Shown piece after piece: positions 1 to 12,377 of a DNA stretch of 64,000 nucleotides. The first letter of the stretch is position 1. The number at the start of each line of letters is the position of its first letter. A model generated the notes under the pieces. The model was not told the origin of the DNA and searched no databases. It saw only the letters and a list, made by a program, of their open reading frames with translations. The position numbers and the translations under genes are program-made. Source of the DNA: Squalus acanthias (taxonomy: Eukaryota); the NCBI GenBank assembly GCA_030390025.1, contig CM059433.1, positions 12,960,001 to 13,024,000 on the forward strand, written 5' to 3'.

Positions 1-835
1 CGTAATGGCTATTAGATCAAACCTGTTAATTTCTATCTGCGCTATTAATTCATCTATTTTGTTGCGAATGCTTCACGCATTCAGATATAGTGCCTTTAGC
101 TTTGACTTATTTCTATTTTTCCCTGATGTCACCTTAGTCACTGATGACTTATTACCTTTGTTACTCTCTCTGTCCCTTCCTGACCCACTCTGCTTGTATT
201 TACCCAAAACTCTACTCTGCTCTGGAGCCTTGACATTTCTCTCGCTGCTTTTAATTTACTCTTTCCTGAATCCAAGTTCTTCTCCAGCCGCGAGGAGATG
301 TCTTTAACTCTGGCACCAGGCAGGCAACACAACCTTCGGAACTCTCAGTTGCGGCAACAGAGAACAGTATTTATCCCCCTGAATATACTGCCCCTACCAC
401 AACTACATTCCCTTTCACTCTCCCCACTTGAACGGTCTCCTGCATCATGGTGCCATGGTCAGCTTGCTCATCCATCCTGCAGGCTTTTCCCTCATCCACA
501 CAGGCAGCAAGAACCTCATACCTGTTGGACAAGGGCCAAGGCTGAGGCTCCTCCAGCACTGCACCTGGGGTCCCCTTACCTGCCTGAGTTGCAGTCACTC
601 CCTCCTGTCCCTGACCACTAAACAGACCTCTACCACTACCTAACCTAAAGGGTGTGACTGCCTCCTGGATCAAAGTGTCCAGGTAACTCTCCCCATCCCT
701 GATGCCCCGCAATATCTGCACCTCAGACTCCAGCTCAAAACCTCTGAGCTGAAGTTCCTCAAGATGCAGGCACTTACTGCAAACGTGGTTGTCCGGGATC
801 ACAATGCTCTTCACAAACTCCCACATGCTACTGTT
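1..835 (-). mobile_element. CR1-type LINE 5' part: ORF1 remnant and start of the ORF2 AP endonuclease (runs off the window)
   Basis: ORF 371-826 reads HVCSKCLHLEELQLR, typical of CR1 ORF1. Minus strand 1-99 reads LKALYLNA*SIRNKIDELIAQIE, the APE N-terminus. Confidence 0.8.
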
Positions 836-1345
836 GCGGTCAAAATGGATTTCCTGACCTTGGAATAATAGTAGATTTTGTTATCAATTGTGACGGATCT
901 CTACGGGCTGTTTTTCTACTACTTCAAATATCTATAAAACAATGTTATTCTAAATGAATTTGTGTTGCACAATAATTTAATAATAAAACAGAATTATATC
1001 ATCTGTTCGAAGCAAGTTGTGCATTTATGATTTAAAGCAAAATTTGAAAGCTGAAGTAGCAGTGCGACATACTGGAGCTCCAGTGGTCTGCCCAGTGTAA
1101 TAATAGGATTTCTCCACGTGGTCCCTTTGAGATTTTATCGCTTGGAAGGGGTGATTTCTGATCTCAACCATGCTGCCACAGAGAGACCAAGCAAAGGTTA
1201 GATGTGTCTCCATATGGAGGAAAGAAGCAAAAGAGGAAAACTCAGATAGTCAGCCCAGCCTGTCTTTGTGCACCTCTTTTCAGCTAGCACTGCAGAGGCC
1301 TAGTAGTGACTTTCGAGCCATACTCTCACCTTGGCAGGAATCACG

Positions 1346-1845
1346 GCAGAGAAGGTTCACTCGGTTGATTCCTGAGTTGAAAGGGTTGTCTTATGAGGAA
1401 AGGTTGAGCAGGTTGGGCCTATACTCATTGGCGTTTAGAAGAATGAGAGGTGATCTTATTGAAACACATATAAGATTCTGAGGGGCTTGACAGGGTAGAT
1501 GCTGAGAGGATGTTTCCCCTCGTCAGGGAATCTAGAACGAGGGGGCATAGTTTCAGAATAAGGGCTCACCCATTTAAGACGGAGATGAGGAGGAATTTCT
1601 TCTCTCAGAGGGTCATGAATCTTTGGAATTCTTTACCCCCAGAGAGCTGTGGAGGCGGAGTCATTGAATATATTCAAGGCAGAGATAGACAGATTTTTGA
1701 GCAACAGGGGAGTCAAGGGTTATGGGGAGTAGGCGGGAAAGTGGAGTTGAGGCCAAAATCAGATCAGCCACGATCTCATTAAATGGCGGAGCAGGCGCGA
1801 GGGGCCGAATGGCCTGCTCCTGCTCCTATTTAGTATCTTCTTATG
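1346..1845 (+). mobile_element. CR1 LINE 3' fragment
   Basis: QRRFTRLIP...YEERL...RGDLIE...FFSQRV..WNSLP C-terminus, then the aatggcggagcaggc...ctcctgctcc tail. Confidence 0.9.
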
Positions 1846-3607
1846 TGGACACTTAAAGATGGGAAAAGGAGAAATAATAACAACAACTAAAACTGAAACA
1901 ATCCATTCCTTAGCATTTTTTGGATTTTATGAAAATATTGAACTCCTAAAAAGTTGTGTTTGAAAGATATGCCATTATAGAATAATAGGACACACAAAAA
2001 TCTTCAATACAAAATCAAATATATTTGTGCTTTTTGTTTGTCAGGAACGTATTATACTAACGAGTATTCCTTAAGTACATTTTTTTTAATGGACTCTTGC
2101 AGCTTTACATTAATATAGGCAAATAAAATGGCATTTGTGCAGCAATTTCTTTTCAATATAAGCCAGCCACTCAGGTTGAATACATTCACATTATAATGGA
2201 AGAAAGTTCTGCGGGTAAGTGCTCTAAATGTAAAGCCTCTCCTCTGTATGTATTCCATGTGATGCTTTTTATTCAGCTAATATATTTAGAAAATTCTAAT
2301 TGAAGGCGCATGCATAGAGTGCACAGAGTCATCAACACCTGCAGGAAGTCAGGAGGACATGTCATGGTGACATGAGCCAATGGGATCACCTGGCGTGCAC
2401 TCACTGCCTAGCATTTAAATCGGGTTTTTCAAGGCCTATTTTTAAAATTTGGTTATTGGTGAGATCTTGTCAAAAGAAACGAAAGACATTGTCCCTGAAA
2501 TTCCTTGCGGAGGTGATCCCGGAAGTTACACTGGAACGCGCCCGCTGGTGCCCTCGAGCACTGACTCCGCCAGAATTCTGTGGGATCAATGGGGGAAGCA
2601 CCTCATTTCCATGGGCAAGTGGGTGCAAGAGCTACTGCGGGCATATCTGCAGCACCCCCCGCCCCACCCCGCCCCACCACACACACATACACCACTAGGG
2701 AGGAGGTGGGATGATGCCCAGGCCCAAGACGGGTCATGTCCCCCTTGGACCCCTGTGTTAGCTCCCCTCCCCCCGTTTCAGAAGTGCGCTGGGTCTGGAC
2801 TGAGCCAGTCCAACAGGGACTCCCGGCATAAGGAGTCCTTGCCCCGGCTTTCCCCCACCCACCCCAACAACCGTTGCCATGGTGCCCTTACAAGGCATTT
2901 CATAAACTTCTAGAAACAGCAACTGGGTCTCTCTATAGGGCAGTAATAGTAGGGGATTTCAACTACCCCAATATTAACTGGGATAAAATTAGTGTGAAGG
3001 GTATAGAGGGTACGGAATTCCTAAAATGCATCCAGGAGAACTTTTCTAGCCAGTATGTAACAAGCCCAACAAGGGAGGGGGCAGTTCTGGACTTAGTTTT
3101 AGGGAATGAAGCTGGGCAGATAGAAGTGGGGGAGCATTTTGGTGCTAGTGACCATAATTCTGTTAGATTTAAGGTAGTTATGGAAAAGGACAAGGATAGA
3201 CCAGGACTAAAAATTCTAAATTGGGGAAAAGCAAATTTTACTAAGCTCAGAGGGGATTTAGCCATAGTGGACTGGAAACAGCTACTTGAAGGTAAATCAG
3301 TGTCGGCGCAGTGGGAGGCATTCAAGGAGGAGATCCAGAGGATTCAGACCAAATATGTGCCCTTAAAGAAAAAAGGTGGGACTAACAAATCTAGAGCCCC
3401 CTGGATGTCTAGAGACATACAGGGTAGGATAAAGAAAAAAGGGAGGCGTATGACAGATACCGAGGGCTAAATACTCCAGAATCTTTAGAGGAGTACAGAA
3501 AGTGCAGGGGTGCAATTAAAAAGGATATTAGGAAAGCAAAGAGAGAGCATGAAAAATTCTTGGCAAGTAAAATCAAGGAAAACCCAAAGATGTTTTATAA
3601 ATATATT

Positions 3608-4365
3608 GGCCCGTATTTTCCGATCGCAGGCCTCCCGCGGGTGGAGGCCTGTGATCTGGAAAAATCTACGCCCTTACCTGAGGGCTCCCGGGACGCACAC
3701 GCTTCCGCTCCTGGGCCTCACCAAACTCCAAGTGCACAGGGCCCACGTATCCCAGAGGCGCAGGTAGTTCGCAGCGTCCCTGGGATCACGTGGGCCATGG
3801 GGAGCCAATCACAGAAGGGAATCTCCCTTCATACATTTGACAGGAAGACCTGTCAAATATATGAATGGAGATCACCCCAAAAACATAGTAAAACTTAAAA
3901 TATTTTTTTTTAAAAATCACATTTTTAAAATGACTTGAAATTACAATAAATTAAGTATTTTAAACAAAAATGTAATTTTTTGAAAAAATAATTAATGTTT
4001 TTTACGGGGCTAAAAATAAACTTACCTTTTTTAAAAGTATTTTTAAATGATAAATCAGTGAAAAAAAAATGTTCTTTTACTTTTTTCAACTCTTATCCTG
4101 GTAAAAGCAGGCCTTACGCCTGCCTTTACCAGGCGTAAGAATTGTAAGGGTTTTCTGCAGGCAGAGGGTCTCCAAAAAGCGGAACTCTCCACCCGCAGAG
4201 GCCCTTCTCCAGGGCAGCTGGAGGATCTGTCAAGAGCATTCTTGACAGATCAGAAATGCCAGTTTTCAGCGCATGCACTGTGCATGCCTGAAACCAGCAT
4301 TTCCGATGTCCCTACGGGTGGGTACACAGGGCGTACCCACCCGTAGGGATCGGAATATCTGGGCT
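3608..4365 (+). mobile_element. PIF/Harbinger-type MITE family A, copy 1
   Basis: Imperfect 14-bp TIR (ggcccgtattttcc). ATT duplicated at 3605-3607 and 4366-4368; removing it restores the CR1 frame FYKYIKSKR. Confidence 0.88.
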
Positions 4366-5125
4366 ATTAAGAGTAAGAGGATAACTAAAGAAAGGGTAGG
4401 GCCTATTAGAGATCATGAGGGTAATCTGTGTGTGGAGGCGGGAGACGTCGGTAGGGTTCTTAATGAATACTTTGCGTCTGTTTTCACAAAGGAGAGGGGC
4501 GAAGCAGACATTGCTATCAGGGGGGAGGAGTGTGAAATATTAGATGAAATAAACATAGTGAGAGAGGAAGTATTAAGGGGTTTAGAAGCTTTAAAAGTGG
4601 ATAAATCCCCAGGCCCGGATGAAATGTATCCCAGGCTGTTAAGCGAAGCAAAAGAGGAAATAGCAGAGGCCCTGACCATCATTTTTCAATCCTCTCTGGC
4701 TTCAGGTGTGGTGCCGGAGGACTGGAGGACTGCTAATGTGGTACCCTTGTTTAAAAAGGGAGAAAAGGATAGACCAAGTAATTACAGGCCAGTCAGCCTA
4801 ACCTCGGTGGTGGGAAAATTATTGGAAAGAATTCTGAAGGACAGAATAAATCTTCATTTAGAAAGATACGGATTAATCAAGGATGGTCAGCATGGATTTG
4901 TTAAGGGAAGGTCGTGTCTGACAAACTAGATTGAATTTTTTTGAGGAGGTAACAAGGAGGGTAGATGAGGGTAGTGCGTTTGATGTAGTGTATATGGACT
5001 TTAGCAAGGCTTTTGATAAGGTTCCACATGGCAGACTGGTCACGAAGTTAAAAGCCCATGGGATCCAGGGCAAAGTGTCAAGTTGTATTCAAAACTGGCT
5101 CAGAGACAGGAAGCAGAGGGTAATG

Positions 5126-5160
5126 GTTCTGACGAAAGGTCATCGACCTGAAACGTTAAC
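5126..5160 (+). ncRNA. Minimal hammerhead ribozyme motif (family B)
   Basis: GTT-CTGACGA-A-AGGTC atc GACCT-GAAA-CGTT-AAC. Confidence 0.7.
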
Positions 5161-5260
5161 TCTCTTTCTCTCTCCACGGATGCTGCCTGGCCTGCTGAGT
5201 TTTTCCAGCATTTTCTGTTGTTATTTCAGATTTCCAGCATCCGCAGTATTTTGCTATCGT
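5129..5260 (+). mobile_element. 132-bp Penelope-like terminal fragment (family B) starting at a hammerhead core
   Basis: 14-bp target duplication agagggtaatggtt (5115-5128 and 5261-5274). Sequence shared with the GIY-YIG-bearing copies at 15483 and 40063. Confidence 0.8.
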
Positions 5261-7344
5261 AGAGGGTAATGGTTGATGGGTGTTTTTGTGACTGGAAGGC
5301 TATTTCCAGTGGGGTTCCGCAGGGCTCAGTACTAGGTCCCTTGCTTTTTGTGGTATATATCAATGATCTAGACTTGAATATAGGGGGTATGATTAAGAAG
5401 TTTGCAGATGATACTAAAATCGGCTGTGTGGTTGATGCTGAAGAAGGAAGCTGTAGACTGCAGGCAGATATCAATAAATTGGTCAGGTGAGCAGAACAGT
5501 GGCAAATGGAATTCAATCTGGAGAAGTGTGAGGTAATGCATTTGGGGAGGGCTAACAAAGAAAGGGAATACACATTAAATGGTAGGACACTGAGTAGTGT
5601 AGAGGAACAAAGGGACCTTGAAGTGCATGTCCACAGATCCCTGAAGGTAATAGACCAGGTAGATAAGGTGGTTAAGAAGGCATACGGAATGCTTATTAGC
5701 CGTGGCATAGAATACAAGAACGGGGGTGGGGGGGGTTATGCTTCAACTGTATAAAACACTAGTTAGGCCTCAGCTAGAGTACTGCGTGCAGTTCTGGTCA
5801 CCACATTACAGGAAAGATGTGATCGCACTAGAGAGGGTACAGAGGAGATTTACAAGGATGTTGCCGGGAGTAGAGAATCTTAGCTATGAGGAAAGACTGG
5901 ATAGGCTGGGTTTGTTTTCCTTGGAACAGAGGAGGCTGAGGCGAGACCTTATTGAGGTGTATAAAATTATGAGGGGCATAGATAAAGTGGATAGAAAGGA
6001 CCTATTTCCCTTAGCAGAGGGGTCAAAAACCAGGGGGCCCAGATTTAAAGTAATTGGTGGAAGGTTTAGAGGGGATTTGAGGGGAAATGTCTTCACCCAG
6101 AGGATTGTGGGGGTCTGGAACTCACTGCCTGAAAGGATGGCAGAGGCAGGAACCCTCATCACATTTAAAAAGTACTTGGATTTGCACTTGGGATGCTGTA
6201 ACCTGCAGGGCTACGGACCAAGAGCTGGGAAGTGGGATTAGGCTGGATAGCTCTTTGTTGGCCGGCGCGGACACGATGGGATGAAATGGCCTCCTTCCGT
6301 GCTGTAACTTTCTATGATTCTATGATTCTTATTACCCCAGGCTGCGGGTGGGTTCTGCCAGTCTCCCACCGGGAGTTTACTGCAGGCCACTGACTGAATT
6401 TGGGGAGCCCACTGAGAAAACTCATCAAAATTGCGTTGGTGTGAAGTCCTGTTCATCAGTCGAAGCAGATCGGGATCACTGAGTCATTGATGTTGAACTG
6501 ATGACCGTGACCTGCTCCACAGCTCTGATAGTGCAGCGTGTCGGTGTGGCAAAATGCTCCGTTACAAAGTGGCAGGAAGCGGTTTTGCACCTATTGTTGA
6601 GCTCGTACCACATTTGTGATGCAGGGGAGGCGTTGAACAGAAATCAGTCATTCACTCACACGAGGGAGAAAAGATCAGAGGATGAAATTAGCTGGTCTGC
6701 TCTTCTGCACCAGTTCCCAGACAAATCGCAAATGGCACTGCAGACGTTTGGGAGCTTGTTGTCAGGCTCCCGTCTCAGTTGGGAAATGGTCTGGCGGGGA
6801 GAAGAAAGATAAATATTTAATGGGGGAAAAGAAGAAAGCTGGAGCTTTGAGTTTTTTTTCCCAATGAAATATATCTACCAATTGCACAGAACAAATCAAT
6901 AAATTATTTTCAAGCTCACAAAAGAATTGAAATATTTAAGTGATGGGCTCAAAGTGGCGGTCCGCGTTTTGTCGGAAAAATATCTGGGAACGCCTGTGAA
7001 TTGAGAAGGTTTCATTTTCACAGAATCACTGCTACAATACCTGCGCTGATTTGCCTGCAAGGAAATCGTGCCTAGCAGCACATTTTCCAGTTTCACTTTA
7101 CTTGAGCACCACCTGCTGGTCATGTGGCCTTGCTGCTTTGCATCGTCATCATCGGGTGCCTCAGTCAAAACTAATCCAGTCAACACAGAGATAACCAAAG
7201 CATAATAATTTATTTCATAATAATTTCCTTAAAGAGCACAAAAAAGTCTGTTCATATGTCACATGCGGCAAAAAGGCAACACAAAAATCATGACGACCGA
7301 GCCGATGAAATCGGAAAGACCACCGCAAGTGTACTTTGAAAACC

Positions 7345-7665
7345 TCAGCATGCAAGGGGTCCCAGGTTGAGTCCCCCGTCTGTGGTAAGTTTGCTGATCT
7401 CAGCTGGTTGGGATGCTCCAGCTCGCGACGGTGCTCTCCTGGGTGGGAGAGAGAAACGGTTGTGTAGAAATCCAAGTGCGGATGTCGGGTGAGAGCAGGA
7501 TCAGGTGGTGCCTCCGCCACTCGAATAACCTGCTGGCACTCACTGTCAAGGCTCACGCGTGAATGATGGGCACTCGGGCGATGGGTGACGACAGCTTGCT
7601 GAACTTATACCCCAGTGAAAAGTCAACACCTTCAGAATGGGAGTGGAGAAAGAGAAAAAAAAAGA
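7345..7665 (+). mobile_element. Ancient LF-SINE-like element
   Basis: Blocks ggtcccaggttgagtcccc (B-box-like), gctgatctcagc, gtcgggtgagagcaggatc and cactcactgtcaaggctcac resemble the LF-SINE consensus as I recall it. Related pieces at ~30745-30836 and ~31355-31520. Confidence 0.6.
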
Positions 7666-7822
7666 ATCGAGAAACTTGCCAAAAGAAAATTTGTGCTCGT
7701 TACCACACTTGCACAAACACTATTTTTATGTCATTAAATAGAATATAACTGACATATGCTGTGAGCTATAAAGAGCAATTGCATTTTGAATTGAGTAGTT
7801 TATGATACATATATTTCTGTAG

Positions 7823-7906
7823 TCTTTCAGGCTGTCCTCGAGCAAAGAAAAGTGGAATCAAAATTGCTCAAAGCAAAGATGACAAAGAAGATCAGGAGCC
7901 CATCAA
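7823..7906 (+). CDS. MYT1L: MYT1L coding exon, 84 bp, phase 2-2: (S)[27 protein letters not shown](K)
   Basis: Acceptor tttctgtAG ends at 7822 and donor GTgagt starts at 7907. The translation matches the recalled MYT1L segment [29 protein letters not shown] and the phase joins the next exon. Confidence 0.93.
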
Positions 7907-8218
7907 GTGAGTACAGCTTTACTTGATGGCAATGGTTTGCCATTCAGCATGAAAACAATGGGTAAAAATGTATTGGTGAAGGCCCAATTAATCTACACAT
8001 TTTGTGTTCATTTTAAAGCAATTTCGGGTTCACATCAACACAAGTGCAGAGTATAACTAGAATGCAAAGTCGCCATAATCGAATTTAGGCCTAGGGCTGA
8101 AGACCACCTGGAGCAGATAATCTCACGCCACTTTGGCTTCACATCGATTGGAATATAATTGCAATTGGTGCAAAGAAAAATTTTCAAAGTTCTGAGGATG
8201 TCCTTCATTTTCACTCTT

Positions 8219-8610
8219 AGAATCATAGAAGAGTACAGCACAGAAGGAGGCCATTCGGCCCATCGAGTCTTTCGAAGATCAAGCCAGTTAGTCCCACTCC
8301 CCCCGCTCTTTCCCCATATCCTCCAATTTTTTTCTCCTTCAACTATTTATCCAATTCTCTTTTGAATCTGTATCCACCACCCTATCAGGCAGTGCATTCC
8401 AGATCCTAACCACTGGTTGTGTAGAAAAGTTTTTCCTCATGTCGCCTCTGGTTCTTTTGCCACTCACCTTAAATCTGTGCCCTCTGCTTATCGACCCGTC
8501 AGCCATTGGAAACCGTTTCTCTTTATTTACTCTATCTAAATCCTTCGTGATTTTAAACGCCTCGATCAAATCTCCTCTTAGCCTCCTCTGCTCTGCGGAG
8601 AACAACCCCG
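8219..8610 (-). mobile_element. CR1 LINE 3' fragment
   Basis: ORF 8339-8617 RRLRGDLIE...WNALP and CR1 tail. Confidence 0.88.
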
Positions 8611-9704
8611 CTAACAACTTCTATCATAGTAGCAAAATCTTGAACCATTTGGCACCAACAGTGCAAATCTACCTCTAAAGAAATGACACAAAGTAATTAA
8701 AAGATAACCTGTAGCAAAAATGACCATGTTGAACAGAACTCATTGAAGAGCATATCCGGTAATTATAGTAACTTCAGTAAAAACTAAACTTGCTATTTGG
8801 TGTGTAATGGTGGTAAAGATCAATATTAATTGCAAAGATATTGGTACAGGATATCCCAATTAAGCTTCAGAACTTGTTTCCTACCCAAGACAAGGGCTTA
8901 CAAACACAACGTAGTGGAGAAAATGAGGTAAATACAAGAAATATCACACAGATGACCACGGTACAAGTTCTGATCTCTTTCCGCTCAATCAGTTGATAAT
9001 AATGTTTAATCATTTGTTTAAAAAGAGCAAAGCAAAGCAATATCAGCAGTATGTTAAGTACACAGATATAAAGGTCAGTTCTTTGAACAATCCCGAGGGT
9101 GGTTTCCATCTGCTCCGATACAGAGGCGACTGACCCAGTCTTCGAATGTCTTGTCTTCAACTGCAAAAAGGGGTTTGATTAATTTACGGTAACGATGCCT
9201 CAGACAAGTTCAGGGCGCTTCTGTGAATGTTGTGCTGCACTACTTTCAGCTGTCAATTTACCTCACAATCCTAAGGGCTAATTTTACAAACCTGCACTCC
9301 CGCTGGGAAAACCCTGCAGGGTTCTCCAACCTCCGCACCCGGATCCCCAGCATGCGCTCCTGGTGGATGCAGCTTGGTGCCAGGAGCATGAATTTGTAAA
9401 ATATTCCGTCCAGTGTTTGCTTAGGAATCAATACGCAGAGGCAAAATTACAAAAGGAAAGTAAGGGGCAAATCTTCAGAAATTCTGGAATTTTTTACTTT
9501 TTCATCTTCACTACAGTGGAAGAAAGTTGCGGATTTCTGCAAGTGTTTTTTTTTAATTATGTACTTTTGTGCTATTTTGTTCATATCAAGCTGAGAAATA
9601 GGAGTACAATAGCAAAATACTGCGGATGCTGGAAATCCGAAATAACAACAGAAAACGCTGGAGATACTCAGCAGGCCAGGCAATATCCGTGGAGAGAGAA
9701 ACAG

Positions 9705-9741
9705 AGTTAACGTTTCAGGTCGAAGACCTTTCGTCAGAACT
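9705..9741 (-). ncRNA. Minimal hammerhead ribozyme motif (family B)
   Basis: Minus strand reads AGTT-CTGACGA-A-AGGTC ttc GACCT-GAAA-CGTT-AACT. Confidence 0.75.
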
Positions 9742-10126
9742 GGAAAAAAGCAGGAAATGGAACAGATTTTAAAGGAGGTTTAGGGGCGGGGAAATGGGAG
9801 AGGGGATGAAAGAACAAAAGGGAAGGTCAGTGATACGATTGAAAGCAGGAGAGATTGAGAGACATTGAGAGACATTAAGAGATATTCAAGACAAGAGGAG
9901 GTGGTAATGTGACATGTTAAGGAACAAAGGAGCCATTCTTTGTTCCTTAACCTGTCACATTACCACCTCCTCTTGTCTTGAATATCTCTTAATGTCTCTC
10001 AATGTCTCTTAATCTCTCCTGCTTTCTATCCTATCACTGACCTTCCCTTTTGTTCTTTCATCCCCTCCCCCATTTCCCCGCCCCCAAACCTGCTTATAAA
10101 ATCTATTCCATTTCCTGCTTTTTTCC

Positions 10127-10163
10127 AGTTCTGACGAAAGGTCTTCGACCTGAAACGTTAACT
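10127..10163 (+). ncRNA. Minimal hammerhead ribozyme motif (family B)
   Basis: AGTT-CTGACGA-A-AGGTC ttc GACCT-GAAA-CGTT-AACT. Confidence 0.75.
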
Positions 10164-10935
10164 CTGTTTCTCTCTCCACGGATATTGCCTGGCCTGCTGA
10201 GTTTTTCCAGCGTTTTCTGTTGTTATTTGAGAAATATGAGTGCTGGGAAATGGATCACTTTTTTGCCACTTTTGTCACACAGAGTCGGTATTAGCCAGAT
10301 TAGATAAACCCTGGCCGTATGCAAACCAAGGCACCATTTAATCTGCCCCAGCGATCTTTTCTTTTTGTATTCATTCATGGGATCTGGGCGTCGCCGGCAA
10401 GGCCAGCATTTATTGCCCATCCCTAATTGCCCTGGAAAAGGTGGCGGTGAGCCGCCTTCTTGAAGCGCTGCAGTCCGTGTGGTGAAGGCGCTCCCACGGC
10501 GCTGTTAGGGAGGGAGTTCCAGGATTTGGACCCAGCGATGATGAAGGAACGGCCGATATACTGCCTCAGTCCCTGAGAAGAGCATCCTGCACTTCGTCAG
10601 TACGAGTTCTTTCATTTCTCACACAAGCCATCCTGGGTGAGATTGCAACTTTGTGCCAATTTGTGGACAGTTTTGGCTTGTGGAGCTATACCCAGTAGGA
10701 GCTGGGTTAAGACTGCCTAAATTTACTTCACATAGGTCCCTTACTACTGGGAAACACAAGTGAATGGAAAATATAGCTGGTCAGTAACATACATAAAAAT
10801 CACACACCTGGAAACGTATCTTATACGTGTCTGATTGATGGTATTTGGAACATTTTTTTTCCTCTTGGCCACACTCTGTGAGTTTTAAATATGCACAGCC
10901 ATTCAAGGATGCTGTTTGTTACGTTGTTTCTGTAG

Positions 10936-11157
10936 ATGTCCTGTTCCTGGGTGTGATGGTCAAGGTCACGTGACTGGGAAGTATGCCTCTCATCGCAGTG
11001 CATCAGGGTGCCCCCTAGCTGCCAAGAGACAAAAGGACGGCTACCTTAATGGTTCACAATTCTCGTGGAAGTCTGGGAAAACAGAAGGCATGTCCTGTCC
11101 AACTCCAGGATGTGATGGTTCAGGACACGTAAGCGGCAGCTTCCTTACTCATCGCAG
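10936..11157 (+). CDS. MYT1L: MYT1L coding exon, 222 bp, C2HC zinc fingers: [26 protein letters not shown]...[20 protein letters not shown](S)
   Basis: Bounded by tttctgtAG and GTgag. Two CPxPGCDGxGH motifs of the MyT1 family (ORF 10916-11161). Confidence 0.97.
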
Positions 11158-11311
11158 GTGAGAGATCAGGTAACAGTTTCTTGAAACTGTTGTCTCAAAG
11201 TTAAGGTTGCATTAGCTTTTACATTACTGGAATCGTTCATAAAAAACTGACCATTTGATGACTCAAATACTTGTTTTCAGCCATCCCTTCTCATGCCTGG
11301 TATATTGGGCG

Positions 11312-11575
11312 TAGGGTGGCCAGCCCTCCAGGATTGCCCTGGAGTCCCCAGGAATTAAAGGTTCATCTCCTGGACACTGCAGCGCGCAACCTGGGAGAAA
11401 ACTCAAATTTGTGTGTTTTCGTTTTTCATTTTCTTTGAATGCTTTTGTTTATTAATTATAAAAACATTGGAGATGGGGGGAAAAAAAAGGCTGTTTGACT
11501 GGGCGGAGTGGTTGGCGGCGGACGGTCATGTGACGAAACTTCCAGGAATATGTCCGACCAGAGTTGCCAATCCTA
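11312..11575. mobile_element. Short non-autonomous DNA transposon with TAGGGTTGCCA-like TIRs (hAT-like); relatives at ~28255-28467 and 60856-61087
   Basis: tagggtggccag ... gttgccaatccta ends. Three copies share ccctccaggattg.cctggagt..ccaggaatt.aag. Confidence 0.6.
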
Positions 11576-12377
11576 ACTGTGACGGAATCGAGTGGAATTT
11601 CTCTCCCACTGTTAAGTGTTTTCCCTGCCAATTACCATAAACAATTTGGAAGCACTGAGCTCACTAAACTGCACTTGAACAATTTAGAACGTTTGATTTT
11701 ACGAAACAAAAATATTGTCACATACAATATTTTTGAGAATATTTATTACACCAATGAATTGTCTGTGATTCAATACCAAGTATAGTCTTCAGGTGAAGCA
11801 GGGTTGGAGGGTGTGGGTTTAATTGGACTGGGCTGGACAGCACTAATTCAGTCCCCATTTTAAACTTATACAATATTTCCTTATTTTTATGTAATACTTT
11901 GATTTGATTTTATTTTTTTCGTTAAATAGCAAAACTGATGGTAGTTTGAAAAGGGCTGAAGTAGAATTGGTTGGAGCAAAGGAGATTCTCTACAGTACAG
12001 GCTGAGGAGCTGGGAGATACAAAGCTGGAGTGCTGAAACATCACCACTGGCGGGAGGATGTGACTCCAATGTGACAAATTCATTTCGGCAGTTTCTAGAA
12101 AACTGTGGACATAGGAATTTATAACAGAAAAAGTTGACAGCAGCAAGTAAGATTTTGTAGATAGGAATTTCCCACAGATGTGAGATTTTTTTAATATATT
12201 AGAGATAGATTGAGGTGGTATTTCAAAACTATTTATTATATTGAGACGTCCAACCCTGGAGAAACCTCTCACAGAATCGACATTCTCATGCCATAAAATT
12301 TGGTAAGGTGTGCCGCAGAAATTGGCCTCGAGGCACCACAGAATCCTAAGGACCCTGAATATAATTGGAAACATATT

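Larger units (their letters stand above)
2936..6330 (+). mobile_element. Decayed CR1 LINE ORF2 (APE C-terminus, RT, 3' tail), interrupted by a MITE (3608-4365) and a PLE fragment (5129-5260)
   Basis: GDFNYP, SDHN, NYRPVSLTS, DFSKAFDKV, GVPQGSVLGP and FADD motifs spread over frameshifted ORFs; ends in (ttctatga)n. Confidence 0.95.
9608..10227. mobile_element. Fold-back Penelope-like remnant (family B), two ~290-bp inverted arms
   Basis: 9642-9928 is the near-perfect reverse complement of 9937-10227. 16-bp imperfect target duplication at 9592-9607 and 10228-10243. Confidence 0.85.

Noticed and set aside
7829..7830. Alternative acceptor tttcAG at 7830 for the first exon
   Set aside because: It lies 8 nt downstream of AG 7822 and would break the phase and the conserved HRS-LSGCP finger motif.
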